64,000 nucleotides of DNA. It comes from a virus (lineage: Duplodnaviria; Heunggongvirae; Uroviricota; Caudoviricetes). The notes beneath the pieces are model-generated. The model searched no databases. It was given only the letters and a program-made list of their open reading frames with translations, and had not been told where the DNA came from. Within the stretch, counting starts at the first letter, position 1. Every line of letters starts with the position of its first letter. This document shows positions 56,381 through 64,000 of this stretch, piece after piece. The DNA lies in IMG/VR virus record IMGVR_UViG_3300037333_000017, positions 22,295 through 86,294 of that record; one strand, 5' to 3'. Made by a program: the position numbers and the translations under genes.

Positions 56381-57707
56381 ACGAGCTCAGCCGTCAGAGG
56401 ACGATTTCTCTGACAGAGAACTCATTGTCTTCCAGAATATATCGGAAGATATAAACGTATGGGCCAGACACCCTAACGGACTAGTAACACACGTAAGGTT
56501 CATGGATGTAGACACCGTTACGAGAGGTGTATATTTCATGAATAGGTTTCCAACATTGGGCCAAGCAGAAGAACGCAGTGAGGCACACAGAAGAACGTTA
56601 AAGGAGTTAAAGAAGTATTTGTACGCTGAAGACATTTACAGAGCTGTAGAAGGCTGTCAGGACGCCATAGTCAATAAGTTTTTCTCTAGAGACAATGTCG
56701 CACTAGAAGAACACGCAGAAAGACTAAGAAGAAATCCGTCGGACCTAACGCGAGAGTTATTGATACTCTTAAGAGACTGGGGAGATTTTAAAGACTATAA
56801 CATGATTAGACAGGATGAGTTCGATAACGCAAAACACGTATTCGTACCAACAGAAGGTATTATGCTAAGCGTAGGAGATGAGATAGCTGAGTACCCAGAG
56901 TTCAAAGATACAAACGAACTAACAAACACTATAACGCTAAAGATAAGGAATTCAAACAATCCGTTAAAGAGATACTATGCCAACGTCTTCGGATCTGTTG
57001 TTTCTATAACCGTTACTAATGACGATGTTGAGGACGGTATAACGATTATAAATACCTTTGGCGCCAACAAACAGGAGGCTAAGTATCCGCTATCTATGAT
57101 GGAGGAATTAGGAATATACACCAATGCTGACGACGCTAAGGAGAACGCCAGTACAGAAGTTAGACTAAAACTCGCAGAACTTAAAGTAAAAGAAGAAGGA
57201 CACAACGCCACCAGAACAACAAACCACACAAAACTCGAAGTAGAGAGAATGAATAAGGAGTATGCAGAACTTAAGATAAAATTCGAAAAAGAGAAATTAG
57301 ATTGGGAGCGCGAAAAGGTTAGAATAGAAGAGGAGAAGAGAAGATTAGAGCAGGAGTTAAGAAACAAGGAGATTCAAGCAGAAGCAGCAAAAAGAGAGTT
57401 CGAACAAAGACTTAGAGATAGAGAAAGAAAAGAGGAGGACAGAAGAAAAGAGCAAGAGAGAAGGTCCGAAGAGGTAAGACGCAAACTAGAGTTAGAGTAT
57501 GAAGAGCTACGAAGAGAGCACGAACGCGCCGGTATGGAGCATGAACGAAAATTAATGGAGGCAAGACTTAAAGTAGAATTAGAAAAGAGTATTAACGCAA
57601 AACGTAAAGCTGAGGAGGATAGGCGCGCTAATACATTCAAGACTGTAGGGTCTATAATCACTGGAGGGTTAGCTATATTAGGTGCGGTCTGGAAGTTCTT
57701 CTTCTAG
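56304..57707 (+). CDS. tail-anchored membrane protein with globular N-domain, a roughly 130-aa Glu/Arg/Lys-rich helical stalk, and a C-terminal TM helix
   Basis: AAAGGAGAAGACA RBS. EEEKRRLEQELRNKEIQAEAAKREFEQRLRDRERKEEDRRKEQERRSEEVRRKLELEYEELRREHER... then TVGSIITGGLAILGAVWKFFF at the extreme C-terminus. Confidence 0.55.
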   Translation: MRIAKPVKLNEEGERRITLRDKRGSRRAQPSEDDFSDRELIVFQNISEDINVWARHPNGLVTHVRFMDVDTVTRGVYFMNRFPTLGQAEERSEAHRRTLKELKKYLYAEDIYRAVEGCQDAIVNKFFSRDNVALEEHAERLRRNPSDLTRELLILLRDWGDFKDYNMIRQDEFDNAKHVFVPTEGIMLSVGDEIAEYPEFKDTNELTNTITLKIRNSNNPLKRYYANVFGSVVSITVTNDDVEDGITIINTFGANKQEAKYPLSMMEELGIYTNADDAKENASTEVRLKLAELKVKEEGHNATRTTNHTKLEVERMNKEYAELKIKFEKEKLDWEREKVRIEEEKRRLEQELRNKEIQAEAAKREFEQRLRDRERKEEDRRKEQERRSEEVRRKLELEYEELRREHERAGMEHERKLMEARLKVELEKSINAKRKAEEDRRANTFKTVGSIITGGLAILGAVWKFFF

Positions 57708-57744
57708 CATCGCCACAAACTTAAAAAAAAACAAAGGACACATT

Positions 57745-58101
57745 ATGGATTATGTAGAAGCATTCGCACGAGTACCAAACACAACATCGGCAACATTCGC
57801 ACAATATACTTTCAAGGAGCTAGTTAAGTTACTAGAGAGAACAAGAGACAAAAGAAAGAGAGTAAGAATGTTAGAGTTCATAAAACATGGAAATATTGTG
57901 GAGTATGGAGATCTTAAGATAAAGTTCGCAGAGAGATTACTCAGAGAAGAGAACGCCATCTTATCAACTCTAACGACAGATTACGGTACTCTCTCCAGGA
58001 GACTGCGCTCATGTGGATTGACCCAAAAGGAACAAATAATGCTACATGGCCTAAACAGGAAGATACTAAAATTACACATACTAATGGGAGAAGACCAGTA
58101 G
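57745..58101 (+). CDS. hypothetical protein
   Basis: ATG 57745 has AAACAAAGGACACATT RBS. The upstream extension to 57682 in the ORF track overlaps the previous gene and lacks an RBS. Confidence 0.45.
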   Translation: MDYVEAFARVPNTTSATFAQYTFKELVKLLERTRDKRKRVRMLEFIKHGNIVEYGDLKIKFAERLLREENAILSTLTTDYGTLSRRLRSCGLTQKEQIMLHGLNRKILKLHILMGEDQ

Positions 58102-58150
58102 AGAGATAGAAAAAAAAATTACCAAATTAATATCTTATGAAAGGATAATT

Positions 58151-59824
58151 ATGAACAAGTCAATACAGAGATACTATGATGACCAACTACCCGTTAACGA
58201 ACATATCGTTAACGGATGGGCGACTCACGAAATGAGAGATAACCATAAATACATAGATAAGGTGTTTAAAGGATCAATTAGGAGTGCCACACCTAGGTTT
58301 AAATATGAGTCTATAGAACCGATGGATGAACTAGAGGAGTTCTACCATAGGAAAGGTAAGACAGTCGATATCAAACGAACGGATGTAACGATGTATAAAA
58401 TATACACAACGTTTGATGGTGAGGAGGTACCGAACATCTGTACGTCACTTCCATTCGTAAGACAGGGCTCTCTTTTCCAGAAATCTGGAACGTTTAACGT
58501 TGTCACGCCAGTGCTATCCGACAATGTCATAACTGTCGGTAGGAATAGTATATTTATGAAACTATTGGGAATAAAACAGTTCTTCTATAGTATAAAACGT
58601 AACATATACATTAACGGAAGAGATGTTACAGGAACCATCGTATATAGTAACGCTCTGTCGTCTAGTGTGGAGCACAGTGAGGACAAGACTATCGGTAAGG
58701 TGATATGTCCAGCATCGTTGTTTATCCTAGCTAATCTCGGTCTTAAGGAGACCATTAAGAAGTACTGCGATACGGACGATGTATTAATGATGAACGATGT
58801 CGACGACTATACACCGTATAAAGAGTACGATATCTTTAAGAGTATACGAAGAATGCCGTCGTCAGTTAGAGGTAAGAAACTCGTTACTCATAATATCATA
58901 ATCCTAGTTAATAAGAAACACACAAATGATAACTTCTTACGCGGACTCATGTCTGGAATATTTTACGGTTTCGATATCTTCAGTAATGATGCAGAAACGA
59001 TCATGGAGGAGTTCGGGACAAAGAAAGGCGACTCTAGAGGTTGGACAATCCTAACGGGAAGACTATCCTACAAAGATAGATACTCTATTGGCCATTCGTA
59101 CACTTTGATCAAAAATCGATTGGTACAGATAGAATCGTACTTAGACATTATATCTAAAGATAGACTGAGTATAAACGGAGTAGAGGTAGAGGATTTCTAT
59201 GATAGCATATTCCATATAACCGATAGGTATGATGAGTATATTATCGAATATAAGGATAACAAGAATAGAAACTTCGATAGGTATATAGAAGTGAACTACT
59301 ATATACACTATCCGTTCATTGTAGGTATCAACCGCATGATACATGACATCACTAATGCATGTACGAACAAGAACCCAACGCTACAAAACATAACAAAAAT
59401 CATTCACGCAAAGCTGAATACAAAAACAATATATGGGATAAGTGCAGGAGGAAAAGTAAATATAGCACTATCGCCAGCTGACAGCACGACTGATTCTATG
59501 TTCACGAAGTTTACAGGGTTGTTAGAGTTACAAGAGAGGGGTAATGGTGTAATGAGAGAACCAAACAGTCAATTCCCTTATAACACTAGACGGTTAGACG
59601 CAAGTGATTGCGCCATAGGTACGATGAGTCACCTCAGAAAGAATGCGCCTACTGGTAAGTTAAATATAAACCCATTTTCTAATTGGGACCTAAATACAGG
59701 TAGTGCGATTTTTACCGAGAAAGAACGATACGTGTTAGATGTACTAGATACGTTGTTCTCAGGGAAGATTGTCGATAAAGAAATCAGTGAAACTATGCTT
59801 GACGCAGAGGAGATAAAACTATGA
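58151..59824 (+). CDS. hypothetical protein
   Basis: GAAAGGATAATT RBS. 557 aa. Confidence 0.5.
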   Translation: MNKSIQRYYDDQLPVNEHIVNGWATHEMRDNHKYIDKVFKGSIRSATPRFKYESIEPMDELEEFYHRKGKTVDIKRTDVTMYKIYTTFDGEEVPNICTSLPFVRQGSLFQKSGTFNVVTPVLSDNVITVGRNSIFMKLLGIKQFFYSIKRNIYINGRDVTGTIVYSNALSSSVEHSEDKTIGKVICPASLFILANLGLKETIKKYCDTDDVLMMNDVDDYTPYKEYDIFKSIRRMPSSVRGKKLVTHNIIILVNKKHTNDNFLRGLMSGIFYGFDIFSNDAETIMEEFGTKKGDSRGWTILTGRLSYKDRYSIGHSYTLIKNRLVQIESYLDIISKDRLSINGVEVEDFYDSIFHITDRYDEYIIEYKDNKNRNFDRYIEVNYYIHYPFIVGINRMIHDITNACTNKNPTLQNITKIIHAKLNTKTIYGISAGGKVNIALSPADSTTDSMFTKFTGLLELQERGNGVMREPNSQFPYNTRRLDASDCAIGTMSHLRKNAPTGKLNINPFSNWDLNTGSAIFTEKERYVLDVLDTLFSGKIVDKEISETMLDAEEIKL

Positions 59825-60147
59825 CATTAGACGAACTCAAGGCCCTTAGAAATTACGATTCTATCTATGGAACGTCTGTAAGACATGCGGAATTCATGAC
59901 GAGTATAAATAGTAAATTTGATATAGATGAGGTTACAGAGAAATTAAATAGTTTCGATCCATTTGCGGTCGATTCTAAACACGGATGCTTCGTTGCGTAT
60001 GACTCGTATTATACTATATTAAAATCTCTAAAAATTATTATGAGAGATGAAGATGTAGATATTTCGTCGTGGGTAAAAACACTGTCGGAAAGGTTTAAGG
60101 ACCTCATAGAGTGTGTGACAAAACAAGAATACTGTTACTCAGTTTAG
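59821..60147 (+). CDS. hypothetical protein
   Basis: ATGA coupling. 108 aa. Confidence 0.5.
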   Translation: MTLDELKALRNYDSIYGTSVRHAEFMTSINSKFDIDEVTEKLNSFDPFAVDSKHGCFVAYDSYYTILKSLKIIMRDEDVDISSWVKTLSERFKDLIECVTKQEYCYSV

Positions 60148-60160
60148 AAACAACACAACC

Positions 60161-60201
60161 AGTACGGCGCATTGCCGTACTAGTTCTCTCTTTTTTTTTT
60201 T
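60161..60201 (+). terminator. intrinsic terminator: agtacggc-gcatt-gccgtact followed by a T11 run
   Basis: Read directly. Confidence 0.6.
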
Positions 60202-62578
60202 ACGATATTTTTATATTCTTATTGTACTCCTTAACGTCACTCATGAAGAGATTATCACCGCTTATAACGTTGATATCGCAGTCCTTAAAGATATTGAAGA
60301 TGTCTTGATTGTGACTAACGATGAATATCTGGCTATATGCGTTAGACAGGTCTTTTATAATATCTATAGTCTTGTCCCTATGAACCGGATCAAACTTACT
60401 ACCGAACTCATCTAGATATATAGGATAGTCTGTTAAACCGAGCGTATTCATAACGATTAGTCTGTGTGATAGGTTTATAATCTCTTTCATTCCTGACGAT
60501 ACAAGGTTCATGTCATCTATAGGGTCGTTATCTTCAACAACAACTCTGAACTTATAATCCAGGTCTCCGTCGTCAGTATCTGGCACGAGTAACTCCATCT
60601 TGTACGTCCATATCTTACCGATAAGTTCATTTATACGCTCTACAAATACACCGACAAAGCTCATAATGCTTTCTGCTATTAGGCCTTCTGTTGGACTTAG
60701 TACATTTATAAGTAAGAGTAGTCTATCTCTTTCTTTCTTGTAGGATTCTTTATCGTCTTTCATAGACGCTAGCATGCGCATACTATATTCAGAGTCACTC
60801 ACGACGTTCCGTAACCTACGTATCTCCTTCTTAACATTATCGATGTGTTTAGATATATATTTGTTACGTACTGCGTCTAGTCCATGTTTCTTATGCTTCT
60901 CATATGACTCTATTCCGTTTTCTATATCAGAACGCACAGACTCTATCTCGCGCATTAACCTTTCGTGCTTCTTACCTTCCGTTATCTTTTTCTCAACGTT
61001 AGATAGCTCATTGTAGAGGTTATTGACCGTTAACTCAAGTTCTTTCGTAGACTTAACTATGATATCTTTAGATAACTCTTCTAACTTAGTTATATCCTCT
61101 AGCTGATTCAGTTTCCTGTCAAGCAATTCAGTCTTAGCTATATAGTTTTCTAAGTTATCAACATACGCTAAACGACTTTCAATCTCATTGGAGACCTTAT
61201 AGATATCTTTCGGTAGGATAGCGTTTAAGAGTATGTCATCTAAGAACGGAGATAGTCCGACAGACTTAATATAGTTCCTTAAGTTAGAGACCCTCTTACT
61301 CGCCTCATCGTACGTTTGTACGGTTTCAACAGTTTTATCCCTAAGGCTCTTCAATTTGTCTATAGTGCTGTTATATTCGTTTACAGCAGACTCCAACATT
61401 TTAAGCTCAGCCTCATCGAAACCATCTTTCCATACATAATTACATTTAGGACATTTAATATCGTCGTTGTTCTTAAGGTCTCTAAGATGATATAGTGAAC
61501 TGGTGGTAGTTGATAGTTTCCTATTTACTATAGTAAGTTCGTGGTCTATTTTGTCAATACGCGCTCTATCGTTAGAGATATCGGTACTGATGTCATAGTC
61601 TATATACTCTATTATATCGCCAATAAGTCTCTGTATGGCGTCGTAGTTATTTCTGAATAACTTAATATATATACCGTCATCTACGTTGAAGTCTCTCTCA
61701 TTGATGTATTCCTCTATCTCATTTATCTCTTTCATCAGAAGGGTTTTATTAGACTCGTCCGTAGCCATAGACCGCTCTAATGTCTCTAGAGTAAATTTTA
61801 TCTTTTCCTCAAGTTCTTTCTTCTTATGCAGCATAACATCTAATCGCACTTTCTTAGAGTCTCTTACTATGGACGTTAGTCTGTTTAACCTATCTGTATC
61901 AGAGATTAGGCGACTCCTATCGTATGTAGACGCTTCAGTCGATGTAAGCTCCCCGTATAACGCCCCTAACAGCTCTTCTAACGCGTCTAATTCATTTCTG
62001 TATGCAGATAGTTGTTCTGGACCTATACTGTTCGTTTCAGCCGTTGTTATCTTCGAGTCGATTAGTTTAATCGCTCCGACAATATCTCTGTAGTGCACCT
62101 GAATCTTTTTAAAGACCCCCAAGGAGTAAGTATAGTCTATTGTAGATATGTCTGTCAACCATGTTCGTCTTTCAGCTATTGACATATCTGTGAAGTTCTT
62201 AGAGTTTACAAGTACCTTATGTATAGCCGGAGTTAATTTAAGATATGTCTTACAGAGCTCCAGTTGTATCTTCTTTGTTCCTCCCTTGTTGATATTCTCT
62301 CCATTAAATATGAATTCATGTTTAGTGGGACCTATCTTTCCAGATGTAACGACTAGAGTATCGCTACCGAGTGTTAAATGTACTTCTTTATACCCTCCCT
62401 TATGGAAGTCTTTATTTATATCGGCAGGTAACGGACTAGTCTCGTTTAATAATGATGACTTTCCAGCACCGTTTGTTCCGGCTATAAGCTGTATTGTTTT
62501 ATCAGGAGTGTACACTAATGTATTTATGCCATTTAGCATAAAACGTTTATATTTGTGAAGTATGATCTTTGTTATCAT
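60200..62578 (-). CDS. Rad50/SbcC-family recombination ATPase (T4 gp46-like) with zinc hook
   Basis: N-terminal Walker A LIAGTNGAGKSSLL, central CPKC zinc-hook motif within a long coiled coil, C-terminal Walker B/D-loop LDEFGSKFD and FIVSHN. 792 aa. No Mre11/SbcD partner adjacent. Confidence 0.8.
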   Translation of the reverse strand: MITKIILHKYKRFMLNGINTLVYTPDKTIQLIAGTNGAGKSSLLNETSPLPADINKDFHKGGYKEVHLTLGSDTLVVTSGKIGPTKHEFIFNGENINKGGTKKIQLELCKTYLKLTPAIHKVLVNSKNFTDMSIAERRTWLTDISTIDYTYSLGVFKKIQVHYRDIVGAIKLIDSKITTAETNSIGPEQLSAYRNELDALEELLGALYGELTSTEASTYDRSRLISDTDRLNRLTSIVRDSKKVRLDVMLHKKKELEEKIKFTLETLERSMATDESNKTLLMKEINEIEEYINERDFNVDDGIYIKLFRNNYDAIQRLIGDIIEYIDYDISTDISNDRARIDKIDHELTIVNRKLSTTTSSLYHLRDLKNNDDIKCPKCNYVWKDGFDEAELKMLESAVNEYNSTIDKLKSLRDKTVETVQTYDEASKRVSNLRNYIKSVGLSPFLDDILLNAILPKDIYKVSNEIESRLAYVDNLENYIAKTELLDRKLNQLEDITKLEELSKDIIVKSTKELELTVNNLYNELSNVEKKITEGKKHERLMREIESVRSDIENGIESYEKHKKHGLDAVRNKYISKHIDNVKKEIRRLRNVVSDSEYSMRMLASMKDDKESYKKERDRLLLLINVLSPTEGLIAESIMSFVGVFVERINELIGKIWTYKMELLVPDTDDGDLDYKFRVVVEDNDPIDDMNLVSSGMKEIINLSHRLIVMNTLGLTDYPIYLDEFGSKFDPVHRDKTIDIIKDLSNAYSQIFIVSHNQDIFNIFKDCDINVISGDNLFMSDVKEYNKNIKIS

Positions 62579-62652
62579 GACGTTCCTTTTGTTAGTTATT
62601 CATTAGAAATATTTAGTGTAAACTATAGTATAGGCGTTAACCTATACTATAA

Positions 62653-63981
62653 TCATCTTGTTGCTGGTATGACAGGATTGTGTTGTTGAATCCTCTCTTT
62701 CCTTACTCGTGTTTCTGTCTGTTTTACATTATCTAACTTCTCTACCTGCACCTCAGTTAGACTAAGGTTCTCTTGTGATACATCAAGCATCTTAGCGTTA
62801 AGCTCATTCATCTTCTTAAGCTCTGCATGCAGGTCTTTCAGGACACCCAACCTATCTTTAGAATACCTATCTGTAGCGTCTATTACTGTAGGAGTAATCG
62901 CCTTTTGTTTTTTCCCGATACCGTTCTTAACTGTTGTTTGTGTTGTAACATCAGGTTCTGAACTAGTACTTCCGTGTGATGGACGGGTAGCGTCGCGCAA
63001 TGCCGTCGCACTAGAGCCAGATACGGTCTTCGTGAATTTATTCTGTATTGGTATGCCAGCCTTTGACGGGAGACCATATGTCTCAGTTACTTGGTTGTTC
63101 TTAAGTCTCTTTTGGTACTCCTCCTCTACAGCCTTGTCATCACCAGTACTCCCTTTGATCTCTGCCTCTACGTCGTACGGTGCTATCGCTCCGGATTTAT
63201 CGAACTGTACGTGATTAGGGTCTTTACTTATCTTAAGGAACCTGGCTCCTAAGTCAGGGTTCTCCTCAGCGAACGCACGCATAAGTTTCGCTATCGCTAG
63301 GTTACCCTTTGTGTCCCCATAGCCGTCTAAACTTATAATGTCTATAGCTCTACCGCCAATGTGTTTACTTTTACGAGTCCATGTCACAATTTTACCTGGA
63401 TTACCGTTACGTCCCTGGGCGTATAGGTCATCTTGATTCTTCTGCGACCTGTTACCTCCTAACCTAGGTATCTGAAGTTTTAGACCGTTCTGTGCGGCAT
63501 AATGAGAGAACTTACTAAAGAACGTTTTAGCTTCTGCGTTTATAGATTTGTAGCGTTTCTCAGTCTTCCAGTCGTGTATGAGAGGATTTGTTATTCCTGC
63601 GTTATTGTGCTCTAGTTTCGTACTAGTCTTTCCTCCAGGAACGATGCCTGGAACAGGTTTAGAGCCGTCGGCCATTACGTCTGGTTTATTATCGTCCCCT
63701 CCTAGGCCAAAGAAGCTAAGTATCCCGGATATCGCCATACTCAACCCAGAAGCTATTCCGCCTTTAGAACTTCCACTTGTAGACTTAGTTCCTTCCACAT
63801 TACGTGTCTCGCCGTCAGCATCTTGAGGTAGGGTGTTCGCACCTAAGTATTTCGTAGCCATGCTCTCAACCCTATTGACTCTATTCGTCCAACCATTACC
63901 GTATTTAGCCCAGTTTTTAAGAGCCTTATAGTCACCGAGTCTTGAACCAATAATGTCGTTACTCGTCTTAAACAATGTCAC
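62653..63981 (-). CDS. peptidase M15 (VanY / L-alanyl-D-glutamate peptidase-like) domain protein with a Gly/Ala/Ser-rich weakly hydrophobic segment; candidate virion-associated lysin or endolysin
   Basis: GGNRSQKNQDDLYAQGR...PGKIVTWTRKSKHIGGRAIDI matches the SGYRS...Q..LY...PGxSEHQxGxAIDI zinc-binding signature, and DPNHVQFD provides the second His. The GGIASGLSMAISGILSFFGLGG segment resembles a SAR-type or membrane-interacting region. Confidence 0.55.
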   Translation of the reverse strand: MTLFKTSNDIIGSRLGDYKALKNWAKYGNGWTNRVNRVESMATKYLGANTLPQDADGETRNVEGTKSTSGSSKGGIASGLSMAISGILSFFGLGGDDNKPDVMADGSKPVPGIVPGGKTSTKLEHNNAGITNPLIHDWKTEKRYKSINAEAKTFFSKFSHYAAQNGLKLQIPRLGGNRSQKNQDDLYAQGRNGNPGKIVTWTRKSKHIGGRAIDIISLDGYGDTKGNLAIAKLMRAFAEENPDLGARFLKISKDPNHVQFDKSGAIAPYDVEAEIKGSTGDDKAVEEEYQKRLKNNQVTETYGLPSKAGIPIQNKFTKTVSGSSATALRDATRPSHGSTSSEPDVTTQTTVKNGIGKKQKAITPTVIDATDRYSKDRLGVLKDLHAELKKMNELNAKMLDVSQENLSLTEVQVEKLDNVKQTETRVRKERIQQHNPVIPATR

Positions 63982-64000
63982 GAAGTTTTTAACGTTACCT

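Noticed and set aside
1-64000. CRISPR arrays, integrase/attachment sites, reverse transcriptase (YxDD), tubulin (GGGTG[ST]G) and nucleotidyltransferase (GS...DxD) signatures
   Set aside because: I scanned the translations and direct repeats and none of these signatures is present. All repeats found are single or triple intergenic copies, not regularly spaced arrays.

Overview
This 64 kb window is a densely packed, low-GC double-stranded DNA phage region. GC content is roughly 38-40% judged by eye; I could not count it. Nearly every ORF has an AAGGA-type Shine-Dalgarno sequence and many gene junctions use ATGA or TAATG overlaps. The content fits a jumbo, phiKZ-like or chimallivirus-like phage that also carries a T4-like replication and recombination core.

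What the sequence supports:
- Two adjacent genes encode C-terminal fragments of a split multisubunit RNA polymerase, beta (468-2603) and beta-prime (2603-4627).
- A tail and structural operon (10424-19092) holds a 1009-aa Gly-repeat tail fibre with a C-terminal self-cleaving S74 chaperone domain, and ends in a peptidoglycan-binding, GH108-like protein.
- A nucleotide-metabolism and replication set is present:
  - dCMP deaminase
  - class I ribonucleotide reductase large subunit (NrdA)
  - GyrA-like topoisomerase subunit
  - a T4-type DNA polymerase exonuclease-domain gene with no polymerase motifs
  - a ThyX core fused in frame to a 198-aa N-terminal extension
  - dUTPase
  - DnaB-family helicase with a deviant P-loop
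  - UvsX/RecA-like recombinase
  - RuvC-like resolvase
  - Rad50/SbcC ATPase
  - SF2 helicase
- An accessory stretch (31.2-36.5 kb) contains a band-7 (SPFH) protein with a small membrane partner, a tRNA-Met(CAT) flanked by direct repeats, an HNH endonuclease, several small membrane proteins and GC-richer small genes.
- Other products include an M15 (VanY-like) peptidoglycan peptidase, two Arg/Ser-rich proteins, a tail-anchored protein with a long ER/K-rich helix, and a tandem paralogue pair.

Non-coding structure is rich: at least 16 strong hairpins or intrinsic terminators, mostly between convergent genes, and three families of repeated intergenic elements.
- A 67-bp near-identical pair sits at 4675-4742 and 28775-28841, with a partial third copy near 40718.
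- A roughly 44-bp element containing a hairpin occurs in three copies.
- An ACATATAAT motif with a sigma70-like -10 occurs four times.
- A 445-bp divergent intergenic region has a core of about 180 bp that is more than 90% A+T with a perfect 16-bp-arm palindrome, which I read as a candidate origin or regulatory hub.

No CRISPR array, reverse transcriptase or integrase is detectable. Most large ORFs (roughly 25) have no recognisable motif and are called hypothetical.
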